A stretch of 64,000 nt of DNA from Mycobacteriales bacterium (GTDB taxonomy: Bacteria; Actinomycetota; Actinomycetes; JAFAQI01). The position numbers were made by a program, and so were the translations under genes. Location: NCBI GenBank assembly GCA_035690365.1, contig DASSKP010000028.1:11483-75482 (forward strand), in the 5' to 3' direction. The notes beneath the pieces are model-generated. The model searched no databases. It was given only the letters and a program-made list of their open reading frames with translations, and was not told where the DNA came from. Positions within the stretch are counted from its first letter, which is position 1; every line of letters begins with the position of its first letter. Below are positions 8,588 through 18,193 of the stretch, piece by piece.

Positions 8588-9444
8588 CCGACATCGGTTG
8601 CGTCGTTCTGACGATGGGCAACCGACCGGAGCTGCTGGACCGGGCGCTGCAGTCGATCCTGTCCCAGCGCGGCGTGTCGGTCGACGTCGTCGTCGTCGGC
8701 AACGGCTGGCAGCCGACAGGGTTGCCGCCGCAGGTGCGTGGCGTCGGCCTACCGCGCAACGTCGGCATCCCCGCGGGCCGCAACGCCGGCGTGCCGCATG
8801 TCGCCGGCGAGCTGCTGTTCTTCCTCGACGACGACGCCGCGCTTTCGGGCGACGACGTTCTTGCCAAGGGCGCCCGGCTTCTTGCCGAACGTCGGGACAT
8901 CGGAGTCGTCCAGCTGCGGCCGGTCGACCCGGTGACCGGACGGACCCCGCGCTCGTTCGTGCCCCGGCTCCGCGTCGGCGACCCTGCGCGTGACAGCGAC
9001 CTGACCGCGCTCTGGGAAGGAGCGGTCCTCGTGCGCCGCGAGGTGCTCGCGGCTGCCGGCGGCTGGCCGGAGGTGTACTTCTACCAGCACGAGGGCGTCG
9101 AGCTCGCCTGGCGCGTCATCGACGAGGGCCACCGCGTCCACTACGCCGGTGACCTGGTCTGCTGGCACGACGCGAAGCAGCCGGGTCGCGACCCGTCCTA
9201 CTTCCGCATGCAGGGGCGCAACCGGGTCTGGCTCGCCCGGCGCAACCTGCCGCTCCCGCTCGCGGCGGCGTACCTGTGCACCTGGCTTGCCCTGACCGTC
9301 GCTCGCGTGCGCGGTCGAGCGGCGCTGGGGCAGGCGTTGCGCGGTTGGGTCGACGGGTTTCGCGAACCGTGCGGTGAGCGGCGACCGGTCAGCTGGCGCG
9401 CGGCCTGGCGGATGACGCGCGCGGGTCGGCCGCCGGTCATCTAG
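8584..9444 (+). CDS. GT2 family glycosyltransferase
   Basis: The ATG at 8584 overlaps the upstream stop as ATGA. The product has the N-terminal GT-A pattern VVLTMGNRPELL...VVVVGNG, the acidic motif FLDDDA and RNxG. Confidence 0.8.
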   Translation: MTDIGCVVLTMGNRPELLDRALQSILSQRGVSVDVVVVGNGWQPTGLPPQVRGVGLPRNVGIPAGRNAGVPHVAGELLFFLDDDAALSGDDVLAKGARLLAERRDIGVVQLRPVDPVTGRTPRSFVPRLRVGDPARDSDLTALWEGAVLVRREVLAAAGGWPEVYFYQHEGVELAWRVIDEGHRVHYAGDLVCWHDAKQPGRDPSYFRMQGRNRVWLARRNLPLPLAAAYLCTWLALTVARVRGRAALGQALRGWVDGFREPCGERRPVSWRAAWRMTRAGRPPVI

Positions 9445-9455
9445 CCGCCGGTCGA

Positions 9456-10661
9456 CTAGCGGAAGACGCCGGTGTGGCCGAGTGAGTAGCGGCCGGGCTG
9501 CGGATAGACGCAGAGTCCGTGCGGGCTGGAGCCGACCGGGATCTTCGCGAGAAGAGCACCGGTGCGGGCGTTGAGCGCATAGACGACGCTGTTGTATCGG
9601 CCGGACAACCAGAGCACCTTGCCGTCGGCGGACAGGCCGCCCATGTCCGGGCTGCCGCCGCCGGGGATGTGCCAGGTGTGGACGACCTTGCGGGTCCGCA
9701 GGTCGATGACGCTAACGCTTCCCTCGCGCCGGTTCGTCACGTAGAGCCAGGTCGACGAACGGTTGACGTAGAGCCCGTGCGCGCCTACGCCCGTGTGCAG
9801 GAAGCCGATCTCGCGGAAGCGCTTCGGGTCGATGATCTGCACGCCGTTGGCGTACTGGTCGGCGACGTACATCACCTTGCCGTCGGGCGAGGTCTTGACG
9901 TCCTGCGGCGAGCCGCCTTCCTTGACGTGAATCATGCCGACGACCTTCTGCTTCGCAACGTCGAGCTTGAGCAGCTTGCCGGAGAACTCGCACGAGAACA
10001 CGGCATAGCGACCGTCGGCGGTGAAGTCGGCGTGGTCGATGCCCAGGCAGTCGACCGGGAGGCTGTGCACCAGCTGCATCGTCTTGGCGTTGAGGAAGTC
10101 GAGCCGCTGCAACGCCTCCGCGACAACGATGGCGTACTTGCCGTCCGGAGTGAAGTACATGTTGTAGGGGTCGGTCACCGGCAGAGTGGCGCCCAGCTTG
10201 CCGGTGCGCGGGTTGATGACCGTGACACTGTTGCCCTGGTCGTTGAGCACGTAGAGCCGACGCATGTCGTAGGACGGCGTGACGTGCTGCGGCAGCCGGC
10301 CGACCTGGTAGTGGCCCACGATCTGGAACGTCTTCTGGCTGATGACGTCGAGGGTGCCCGACTCGCTGTTGGGCACGTAGACGAGCGCCGGGTCGTGGCG
10401 CACCACGGGGGAGAGCCGTCCGGGGCGGTCAGCGGCGTAGATGTCCGTCGCGGACAGCGGGGCCGGCATGCCCGGCAGCAGCCCCCGGCGCGACACGGGC
10501 GGCCGCGTGGCATGCGGCGTGGCGCTCGTGGACGGCGCCGTCACCGCGGCCGATGCGGACGGGGACGCGCCCGTGGTCACCCGCTCGGACTGACCGCTCG
10601 TCCCGCTACAGGCCGTGAGGGCCAGGGCGGCAACGGCGAGACCGGCGGGGAAGCGACGCAT
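9456..10661 (-). CDS. Lipoprotein with YVTN/YncE-like beta-propeller repeats
   Basis: The signal peptide carries a lipobox (LALTAC). It is followed by a Ser/Thr/Pro-rich linker and then repeated segments of about 40 aa of the type (V/Y)..N..s.tVsViD. Confidence 0.65.
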   Translation of the reverse strand: MRRFPAGLAVAALALTACSGTSGQSERVTTGASPSASAAVTAPSTSATPHATRPPVSRRGLLPGMPAPLSATDIYAADRPGRLSPVVRHDPALVYVPNSESGTLDVISQKTFQIVGHYQVGRLPQHVTPSYDMRRLYVLNDQGNSVTVINPRTGKLGATLPVTDPYNMYFTPDGKYAIVVAEALQRLDFLNAKTMQLVHSLPVDCLGIDHADFTADGRYAVFSCEFSGKLLKLDVAKQKVVGMIHVKEGGSPQDVKTSPDGKVMYVADQYANGVQIIDPKRFREIGFLHTGVGAHGLYVNRSSTWLYVTNRREGSVSVIDLRTRKVVHTWHIPGGGSPDMGGLSADGKVLWLSGRYNSVVYALNARTGALLAKIPVGSSPHGLCVYPQPGRYSLGHTGVFR

Positions 10662-10697
10662 CGGAGCCAGCCTACGCGTGGATTCTTAAGGTCTCGT

Positions 10698-10931
10698 TCA
10701 ACCCGCGGGTCGTGAGCTCGCCACCCAGCGACCGGGACCGTGGTCGAGGGGGTGGCGCAGCATCGCGCGTCGATCGGCCCAGCCGGACCGTCGCGGCGCA
10801 GCCTGGTCGGTGGGGGCGTGGACAGAACTCAAGGCGACGACGAGAGCCGCGAGCGCCTCGGGCCCCGGATCGCCCCCGTGGACGACGCGCAGCAGCGGCA
10901 CGTCGGCGTCACTGTCCCCGGCGGTGCTCAC
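10698..10931 (-). CDS. Acyl-CoA carboxylase epsilon subunit
   Basis: The 77 aa product ([22 protein letters not shown]) is typical of AccE/PccE. Its GTG start overlaps the stop of the beta-subunit gene as GTGA. Confidence 0.7.
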   Translation of the reverse strand: MSTAGDSDADVPLLRVVHGGDPGPEALAALVVALSSVHAPTDQAAPRRSGWADRRAMLRHPLDHGPGRWVASSRPAG

Positions 10932-12523
10932 AGCGGGATGTTCCCGTGCTTCTTCGGCGGGAGCGACTCGCGCTTCGTGCGCAGCAACCTGAGGGCGCGG
11001 ATCAGCTCACGTCGGGTCGTCGACGGACGGATGACCGCGTCGACGTAGCCGCGTTCGGCGGCGATGTAGGGGTTGGCGAAGTGGTCTTCGTAGTCGGCGA
11101 CGAGCTCCTTGCGCCGAGCGTCGGGATCGTCGGCGTCCGCAAGCTCTCTGCGGTAGAGGATGTTGGCCGCGCCCTGCGCGCCCATCACCGCGATCTCCGC
11201 CGTCGGCCACGCGAGGTTGACGTCGGCCCGGAGGTGCTTCGAGCCCATGACGTCGTACGCCCCGCCGTAGGCCTTGCGCGTGATGACGGTGACCTTCGGC
11301 ACCGTCGCCTCGGCGTAGGCGTAGAGCAGCTTCGCGCCGCGCCGGATGATGCCGCCCCACTCCTGCGCCGTCCCGGGCAGGAACCCGGGTACGTCGACAA
11401 AGGTCACGATCGGGATGTTGAAGGCGTCACACGTGCGGACGAACCTTGCCGCCTTCTCCGAGGCGTCGATGTCCAGCGTGCCGGCGAACGACATCGGCTG
11501 GTTGGCGACGCAGCCCACGCTGCGACCGTCGATGCGGGCGAAGCCACAGACGATGTTCGGCGCGAACAACGCGTGCACCTCGAGGAACTCACCATCGTCG
11601 ACGACGTGCTCGATGACGGTCTTGATGTCGTAGGGCTGGTTCGACGAGTCCGGGATGAACGTGTCGAGGAACGCGTCGTCGGTCAGCCCGTTGAGGTCCT
11701 CGTCGTCGTAGGCCGGCGGGTCGTCCAGGTTGTTGCTCGGCAGGTAGGACAGCAACGCGCGGGTCAGCTCGAGGCAGTCGGTCTCGTCGTCGGCGACGAA
11801 GTGGGCGACACCGGACTTCGTGTTGTGCGTCCGCGCGCCGCCGAGCTCCTCGAACGTCACGTCCTCACCGGTCACGGTCTTGATGACATCGGGACCGGTG
11901 ATGAACATGTGCGAGGACTCGTCGACCATCAGGATGAAGTCGGTGATCGCCGGCGAGTAGACGGCGCCGCCGGCGCACGGCCCCATCACCAGGGAGATCT
12001 GCGGGACGACACCGCTCGCCATGACGTTGCGGTAGAAGATCTCGGCGTAGAGGCCGAGCGCGACGACGCCTTCCTGGATGCGGGCGCCACCGGAGTCGTT
12101 GATGCCGACGAGTGGGCAGCCCATCTTCATCGCCAGGTCCATGACCTTGACGATCTTCTCGCCGAAGACCTCGCCGAGGCTTCCGCCGAAGACCGTGAAG
12201 TCCTGGCTGAACACGCACACCGGGCGGCCGTCGACCGTCCCGTGCCCCGTGATCACGCCGTCGCCGTAGGGCCGCTTCTCCTCGACACCGAAGCCGTGCG
12301 CGCGGTGCCGGGCGAGCGCGTCGAGCTCGACGAAGGAGCCGGGATCGAGCAGGGCCTCGATCCGCTCGCGCGCCGTCATCCGCCCGGCCTCATGCCGCTT
12401 GTCGACGGCCTGCTGCGACCCGGCGTGCGCTGCCTCGTCGAGCTTGTGGTCGAGCTGCGCGAGCTTTCCCGCGGTGGTGTGCAGGTCGGGGTGCGCCGGC
12501 GTGTCCTGCGGCTCCGCTGTCAT
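10928..12523 (-). CDS. pccB: Acyl-CoA (propionyl-CoA) carboxylase carboxyltransferase beta subunit
   Basis: The 531 aa product matches the PccB/AccD5 type along its full length ([47 protein letters not shown]). The epsilon subunit gene lies immediately downstream. Confidence 0.9.
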   Translation of the reverse strand: MTAEPQDTPAHPDLHTTAGKLAQLDHKLDEAAHAGSQQAVDKRHEAGRMTARERIEALLDPGSFVELDALARHRAHGFGVEEKRPYGDGVITGHGTVDGRPVCVFSQDFTVFGGSLGEVFGEKIVKVMDLAMKMGCPLVGINDSGGARIQEGVVALGLYAEIFYRNVMASGVVPQISLVMGPCAGGAVYSPAITDFILMVDESSHMFITGPDVIKTVTGEDVTFEELGGARTHNTKSGVAHFVADDETDCLELTRALLSYLPSNNLDDPPAYDDEDLNGLTDDAFLDTFIPDSSNQPYDIKTVIEHVVDDGEFLEVHALFAPNIVCGFARIDGRSVGCVANQPMSFAGTLDIDASEKAARFVRTCDAFNIPIVTFVDVPGFLPGTAQEWGGIIRRGAKLLYAYAEATVPKVTVITRKAYGGAYDVMGSKHLRADVNLAWPTAEIAVMGAQGAANILYRRELADADDPDARRKELVADYEDHFANPYIAAERGYVDAVIRPSTTRRELIRALRLLRTKRESLPPKKHGNIPL

Positions 12524-12540
12524 GGCCGTAGCGTACGAGC

Positions 12541-14178
12541 ATGCCCGCGGTGTCGGTCGTCGTCATCTGCTTCAACGACGCTGAGCACCTCGGCACGGCC
12601 GTCCGGTCGGCGACGGCACAGACGCTCCGTGACCTCGAGGTCGTCGTCGTGGACGACGGCTCGGACGACGCCACCCCGGACCTCGCCGCCGCTCTCGCAG
12701 CAGCCGATCCACGCGTCCGCTATCACCGGCTGGAGACGAACAGCGGCGGCTGCAGCCGTCCGCGCAACGTCGGCATGTCGCTCGCGACCGGCGACTACGT
12801 CACGTTCCTCGACAGCGACGACGTGCTGCCGCGCCTCGCGTGCACTCGCCTGCTCCGCGCCGCCCGGCGGACCGACGCGGACATCGTCTGCGGCAGATGG
12901 GTGCGCCGCCACCACCGGCCGACCCGCTACATCGAGGCGCACCGCGAGCTCTACGCGCGTGCGGCTCTGGTCGACGGGATCGCCGAGCGGCCGCAGCAGC
13001 TGTTCGACACACCCGCGCCGGGCAAGCTCTACCGGCGCAGCTTCCTCGTCGAGCAGCAGCTGACATTTCCCGAGGGGCTGCTCTACGAGGACCTGCTCTT
13101 CACGACGGAGGCCTATGTCAGCGCCCGGCGGATCGCCGTCGTGCCCGACCTCGTCTACGTCTGGAACGTGCGTCGCGACGCCGAGACGCCGTCGATCACC
13201 AACCGCGCGGAGCTGCGCAACTGGCGTGACCGCTTCGAGGTGCATCGCCGCATCGACGCCCATCTCGCTCGGGCCGGCGTGCCGCTCGCCGTCGTACGAG
13301 CCAAGCAGGCGAAGTTCCTGTCGGCGGACTTCACGGTGTTCCTCCGCGACCTGAGAAGTCGCCGCACCGACGAGCGGTCGGCCCTTCTCGAGCTCGCACG
13401 GGCCTACCTGTCCGGCATCGACGAGCAGAGCTGGCCGCAACAGCCGGTCGGTCCGCGGGTCGCGGCTGTGCTCGCTGCCCGAGGTGACCTTCCCGGCGTG
13501 CTGGCGGCCGCGGACTTCGCGGTCACCGGCGGCCTGATGGCCCGGCTCAGCGCCCAGGGCGACCGGCTGCGCTGGACGGCCGACCACGCCGACGCGGGAG
13601 ACGCACTCGACGTCACCACGACCGGCCTACTGACCACCGACTTCGCGTCGACGCCGTTCCTGGCGACGTTTGAGCATGCCCGGTGGGAGGGGGACCGCCT
13701 GTCGTTCGACGGCCGCGTGTACGACGTCCTGCACCGGCTCGCTCCGGCGCAGTCGCTCACCGGCCGGTTGCTGGTGCGCGGCCGGATCGGCGGAGTGCTC
13801 TGGTCGGCTCCGCTGGTGCTGTCGGACGCCGGCGGCGACGTCAGGTTCAGCGGCCGGGTCGACCTTGCGGCGCTGGGCAGGACGCTCGGCCGGCCGACCG
13901 TCGGTCATGAGCTGCGCCTGCTCGTCGAGCTGCGCCGGGGGGACCAGCGGGTCGTCCGCCCGCTGACCGGGCGCGATGCCGAACTCCCGCCCGCCGACCA
14001 TCAGCTGCCGACCCCCTGGCGCCGGCTGGTGGGTGACCGGGTCCGGCTGGCCGAGGTCAACGGCCGGCTCGTCCTGCAGCTCACCGCGTTGCCGCAGATC
14101 ACCGACCGCGCGATCGCGGCGGGTTCGTGGGCGCGTTACGTCGCCCAGCAGGCCGCGGGGCGCCTCCACCGGTCGTAA
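12541..14178 (+). CDS. GT2 glycosyltransferase with a long C-terminal extension of unknown function
   Basis: The N-terminus [20 protein letters not shown]...[10 protein letters not shown] and the motif LDSDD are GT2 hallmarks. The N-terminal half resembles the GT2 at 33337..34449. Confidence 0.75.
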   Translation: MPAVSVVVICFNDAEHLGTAVRSATAQTLRDLEVVVVDDGSDDATPDLAAALAAADPRVRYHRLETNSGGCSRPRNVGMSLATGDYVTFLDSDDVLPRLACTRLLRAARRTDADIVCGRWVRRHHRPTRYIEAHRELYARAALVDGIAERPQQLFDTPAPGKLYRRSFLVEQQLTFPEGLLYEDLLFTTEAYVSARRIAVVPDLVYVWNVRRDAETPSITNRAELRNWRDRFEVHRRIDAHLARAGVPLAVVRAKQAKFLSADFTVFLRDLRSRRTDERSALLELARAYLSGIDEQSWPQQPVGPRVAAVLAARGDLPGVLAAADFAVTGGLMARLSAQGDRLRWTADHADAGDALDVTTTGLLTTDFASTPFLATFEHARWEGDRLSFDGRVYDVLHRLAPAQSLTGRLLVRGRIGGVLWSAPLVLSDAGGDVRFSGRVDLAALGRTLGRPTVGHELRLLVELRRGDQRVVRPLTGRDAELPPADHQLPTPWRRLVGDRVRLAEVNGRLVLQLTALPQITDRAIAAGSWARYVAQQAAGRLHRS

Positions 14179-14187
14179 CGTGGCCGG

Positions 14188-14994
14188 GTGTCGCAGTGGT
14201 CGGACCTCGAGCGGCCGCCACTGTCGGCGGCCCGGCTGGGCGCTGTCCTCCGCGACGACCCGCTGTGGACCGCGGTCGAGGTCCGGCCGTCGACGACGTC
14301 GACCAACGCCGATGTCGCCGCGGCGGCCCGCGAGGGCGCCGCGGAGGGGCTGGTCGTCCTCGCCGAGGAGCAACGGGCCGGCCGTGGCCGGCTCGGCAGG
14401 TCGTGGGAGGCGCCCGCGCGTTCGTCCGTGCTGATGTCGCTCCTGCTCCGCCCGGACCTGCCGGTCGCCTCGCTGCCGTTGATTCCGTTGCTCACGGGTG
14501 TCGCTGTTGTCGAGTCGACGCGCGGGGTGGGCGAGGTGTCGAGCTCCCTGAAGTGGCCGAACGACGTGCTCGTGTCCGGCCGCAAGCTCGGCGGCATCCT
14601 CGTCGAGCGGCTCGACGCCGCGGTCGTCGTCGGCATCGGGCTCAACGTCACGCTCCGTGCGGAGGAGCGACCGGTCGAGACGGCGACCAGCCTCGCGATC
14701 GAGGGTGGCAGCACCGATCGGGAGCCGCTGGTGAAGGAGATGCTGCGCTCGTTCTCCCGGCGATACCGCGCATTTGTGGACGCACACGGTGCGGCGGACG
14801 CGGTGATGCCGGCGTACCGCTCGGTCTGCGAGACGATCGGCAGGCAGGTGCGAATCGAGCTGCCAGGGGGGCGCACAGTGACCGGTCGAGCGGTGGACGT
14901 CGATGACAGCGGGCAGCTCCTCGTCGAGGACTCCGAGGGCGTGACCGCCGGCTGGTCCGCCGGCGACGTGACGCACGTCAGGAGCGCGGACTGA
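14188..14994 (+). CDS. birA: Biotin--[acetyl-CoA-carboxylase] ligase
   Basis: It has the GRGRLGRSW biotin-binding motif and LKWPNDVL.SGRKLGGILVE. It lies next to the biotin-dependent carboxylase genes. Confidence 0.85.
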   Translation: MSQWSDLERPPLSAARLGAVLRDDPLWTAVEVRPSTTSTNADVAAAAREGAAEGLVVLAEEQRAGRGRLGRSWEAPARSSVLMSLLLRPDLPVASLPLIPLLTGVAVVESTRGVGEVSSSLKWPNDVLVSGRKLGGILVERLDAAVVVGIGLNVTLRAEERPVETATSLAIEGGSTDREPLVKEMLRSFSRRYRAFVDAHGAADAVMPAYRSVCETIGRQVRIELPGGRTVTGRAVDVDDSGQLLVEDSEGVTAGWSAGDVTHVRSAD

Positions 14995-15521
14995 TGTCGC
15001 CGTTCCCGACCCGGCTGCTGGGTGATGACGAGCAGGTCGTCCTCGACCTGCATCCGCACTGGAAGCGGATCATCGTCCCGGCCTTGCTCGTGCCGGTCGT
15101 CGTCGGACTGGCGTCGTACCTCGTCTTCCTGGTCCCGGACGGCTCGTTCCGCACTCCGCTGCGCTGGGCGATCCTCGTGGTGGCGGTGCTCGTCCTGCTG
15201 CGCTGGTCGCTGTGGCCGTTCCTGAAGTGGCTGACGACGCGCTACGTCCTCACCAACCGCCGCGTCGTCATCCGCAGTGGCGTCCTGTCACGGTCGGGGC
15301 GTGACATCCCGCTGACCCGGGTCAACGACGTGTCCTTCCGGCATTCGGTCATCGACCGGATGTTGCGGTGCGGGACCTTGACCATCGAGTCCGCCGGGGA
15401 GCAGGGGCAGGTGGTCCTGCCGGAGGTGCCGGACGTCGAGTCGGTCCAGCGCCAGGTGCTGCGGCACGCCGAGGACGAGACGCTGCGGGTGGCGCGGGCG
15501 ACGGACGCGCAGACGTCCTGA
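14994..15521 (+). CDS. Membrane protein with a bacterial PH (bPH_2/YdbS-like) domain
   Basis: Two N-terminal TM helices are followed by YVLTNRRVVIRSGVLSRSGRDIPLTRVNDV. The ATG shares one base with the birA stop (TGATG). Confidence 0.6.
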   Translation: MSPFPTRLLGDDEQVVLDLHPHWKRIIVPALLVPVVVGLASYLVFLVPDGSFRTPLRWAILVVAVLVLLRWSLWPFLKWLTTRYVLTNRRVVIRSGVLSRSGRDIPLTRVNDVSFRHSVIDRMLRCGTLTIESAGEQGQVVLPEVPDVESVQRQVLRHAEDETLRVARATDAQTS

Positions 15522-15535
15522 GGCAGTATCGAGCG

Positions 15536-16513
15536 GTGCCGTCGGACGATGTCCCCGCCGCCCTCGAGCGTGAGCTGCTCGGAGGCGACCGCCGTTACAC
15601 GCGGGTGGAGGTGGCGGAGCAGGCCGGTGTTCCGGTCGAGCAGGCGCGCATCTTGTGGCGGGCTCTCGGCTTCGCGGACGTCGGCGACGACAACGTCGCC
15701 TTCACGGAGCAGGACGTGGAGGCGCTGCGCGCGGTCGACGGGCTCGTGCAGCGCGGCGTCATCGACGCGAGCACGCAGCTGGCGATGACGCGGGCGATGG
15801 GCCAGTCGTTGGCGCGGCTGGCCGACTGGCACGTGTCTGCCATCACGTCGGCACTCGAAGCCGAAGCGCCCGCGGATGCCGAGGACGCCGCGGCGGTGGC
15901 GCACGAGCTCGTTCCGGTCGTCGAAGGACTGATCGGCTACATCTGGCGGCGCCATCTGGCGGCGACGGCGAGCCGCGCCCTCGCCGACGACCGTACGTCG
16001 CCATCGACGTCGCTCGTCGTGGGGTTCGCTGACCTCGTCGGCTTCACGTCGTTGACCCGCGACGTCGGCGAAGCAGAGCTGGCCGGCGTCGTGGAGACCT
16101 TCGAGGCGCTCGCGTCCGATGTCATCGCCGAGCACTCGGGCCGGGTCGTGAAGACGCTCGGCGACGAGGTGATGTTCACGGCCGACGACCCCGCCCAGGG
16201 GGCGCAGATCGCACTCGAGCTCGCCGACCGGGTCGACGCGGCGGATGGCGTTCCCGATGTGCGGATCGGCCTTGCCTGGGGCGCGGTGCTCGCCCGGCTC
16301 GGTGACGTCTACGGCGAGCCGGTCAACATCGCCAGCAGGCTGACCTCCATCGCCCGGCCGGCCAGCATCCTCGTCGACCGCGAGCTCGCGACCGAGCTCG
16401 AGGAGGACCCGAGGTTCCGGTTGCGCCGGGTGCCGCCACGGCCGGTGCGCGGTTACGCGTTGCTCCACGCGAGCCGGTTGCGCCGCGCGGAAGCCGAGGA
16501 CAAGGCCGACTAG
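15536..16513 (+). CDS. Class III adenylate cyclase with an N-terminal helical regulatory domain (Rv1264-like architecture)
   Basis: The catalytic core motifs are VVGFADLVGFTSL, VKTLGDEVMF and GEPVNIASRL. The GTG start at 15536 was chosen just after the upstream stop and is uncertain. Confidence 0.75.
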   Translation: MPSDDVPAALERELLGGDRRYTRVEVAEQAGVPVEQARILWRALGFADVGDDNVAFTEQDVEALRAVDGLVQRGVIDASTQLAMTRAMGQSLARLADWHVSAITSALEAEAPADAEDAAAVAHELVPVVEGLIGYIWRRHLAATASRALADDRTSPSTSLVVGFADLVGFTSLTRDVGEAELAGVVETFEALASDVIAEHSGRVVKTLGDEVMFTADDPAQGAQIALELADRVDAADGVPDVRIGLAWGAVLARLGDVYGEPVNIASRLTSIARPASILVDRELATELEEDPRFRLRRVPPRPVRGYALLHASRLRRAEAEDKAD

Positions 16514-16522
16514 CCTGGGCTC

Positions 16523-17440
16523 GTGAGCGACCTTCCTCAGCGGATCAGCCTGCGCGAGGTCGGGCCGCGCGACGGCTTGCAGAACGAAGCGCCGGTGCCC
16601 ACCGAGGCCAAGGTCGAGCTGATCGACGCGCTGTCCCGGACCGGGGTCGGCCGGATCGAAGCGGTCAGCTTCGTGCATCCCAAGGCCATCCCGCAGATGG
16701 CAGATGCCGCCGAGGTGTGGCAGCACGTCACTCGCAACGACGACGTGCGCTACTCCGCTCTCGTGCCCAACCTCAAGGGCGCACAGCGGGCGCTCGACGC
16801 CGGCTTCCGCGAGCTCGAGATCGTGGTCAGTGCGAGTGACACGCACAACCGCAAGAACATCAACCGTTCCACCGACGAGTCTCTCGACGAGATCGCGGAG
16901 GTCATCGACGTCGTCCACGACAACGGTGCGACCCTGCAGGTCATCGTCTCGACCGCATGGGGCTGCCCCTACGAAGGCGACGTGCCGGTCGAGCGGGTCG
17001 TCGCGGTCGCGTCCCGCGCGGTGCGCGACGGAGCCGACGGGGTGTCGTTCGGCGACACGACCGGCATGGCGACGCCGGCGCGCGTGACGCGGCTCGTCGG
17101 CGAGCTGCGGTCGGCACATCCGGAGATCCCGCTGAACCTGCACTTCCACAACACCCGCGGCACCGGCCTGGCGAACGTGCTGGCCGCCCTCGAGCTCGGT
17201 GTCGCCGACTTCGACGCGAGTGTGGGTGGGCTGGGTGGCTGTCCTTACGCACCAGGCGCGACGGGCAACGTCGCGACCGAGGAGCTCGTCCACATGGTCG
17301 AGGACATGGGGGTCGCGACCGGCATCGATCTCGACGCAATGATCGACGTCGCGGCGACGGCCGAGCGGATCGTCGGCCGCACACTGCCGTCACAGGTGCT
17401 TCGCGCGGGGCCGCGCAGTCGCACCGTGCCGGTCGGCTGA
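16523..17440 (+). CDS. Hydroxymethylglutaryl-CoA lyase
   Basis: The HMGL-like TIM barrel is indicated by REVGPRDGLQNE, SFVHPKAIPQMAD, HFHNTRGTGLAN and GGLGGCPYAPGATGN. Confidence 0.85.
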   Translation: MSDLPQRISLREVGPRDGLQNEAPVPTEAKVELIDALSRTGVGRIEAVSFVHPKAIPQMADAAEVWQHVTRNDDVRYSALVPNLKGAQRALDAGFRELEIVVSASDTHNRKNINRSTDESLDEIAEVIDVVHDNGATLQVIVSTAWGCPYEGDVPVERVVAVASRAVRDGADGVSFGDTTGMATPARVTRLVGELRSAHPEIPLNLHFHNTRGTGLANVLAALELGVADFDASVGGLGGCPYAPGATGNVATEELVHMVEDMGVATGIDLDAMIDVAATAERIVGRTLPSQVLRAGPRSRTVPVG

Positions 17441-17468
17441 GCCTGCGCCGACCGGCCATGCTGTGCCG

Positions 17469-18110
17469 CTAGACGTGCTCGGCGGCGGTTGCGGGTGTGG
17501 TGCTCGCGCGCTGCGCCGGCACCGCACCACCGTGGGCGCTGTGCTCCAGTCGCGCTATCTGCAGTCGGGCCAGCGCGATGCCGACGGCCGCGCCGACCGT
17601 CGGGAAGAGCCAGGCCCATCCGCCGGCCGGCTTGGTGGCCATGACGAACACGATGCCGAGGAAGCCGAACGTCGCGATGTGCCCGGGATACCAGATCTTC
17701 GGGTCGCGCGCCGCGGTGCGCAGCTCGGCACTCGGCGGGCCGTCCGGCGCCTCGTGGATGGCGGCGACCAACCGCTTCGCGGTCGGCGCGAGCAGGGCGC
17801 CCGCGATTCCCTCGATCACGACGAGCGTGACGATCGAGGTGATGACCCAACCGTCCTTGAACGAGAACCCGTCGCCCGTGTGCGCGCCGAGGTGCACCAG
17901 CCACGAGCCGAGGCCCAGCAGGACCAGCGCGACCACTGGGAACAGCGGATCGAGCCGGTGCAGCAGCACCGCCCACGGTCGCATGTGGGACACGTCGCGT
18001 GCGCTCGCCATGGCAGGCAGGCCGGCATGCACGATGCCGGCCATCGCGAACGCGACGACCACGAACGAGATGTGCAGGAACAGGACGAAACCGAACAGTG
18101 TGATGCCCAT
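17469..18110 (-). CDS. Hypothetical integral membrane protein (about 5 TM segments)
   Basis: The start was taken at MGITLFGFVLFLH (ATG at 18110). The profile is hydrophobic throughout and third-position GC is high. No family was recognised. Confidence 0.5.
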   Translation of the reverse strand: MGITLFGFVLFLHISFVVVAFAMAGIVHAGLPAMASARDVSHMRPWAVLLHRLDPLFPVVALVLLGLGSWLVHLGAHTGDGFSFKDGWVITSIVTLVVIEGIAGALLAPTAKRLVAAIHEAPDGPPSAELRTAARDPKIWYPGHIATFGFLGIVFVMATKPAGGWAWLFPTVGAAVGIALARLQIARLEHSAHGGAVPAQRASTTPATAAEHV

Positions 18111-18193
18111 CGGGACCCCCTCGTCGGCCTGAGGGTAAGGGCGGTGGCGACGTCGCGCAGGCAGATCGACCCGAATCGCTACGCTTCCGCTCG

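Noticed and set aside
15242-17293. A 683-aa minus-strand ORF antisense to the adenylate cyclase and HMG-CoA lyase
   Set aside because: It has no motifs and an Arg/Asp/Gly-rich composition, while the plus-strand genes have unambiguous catalytic signatures.
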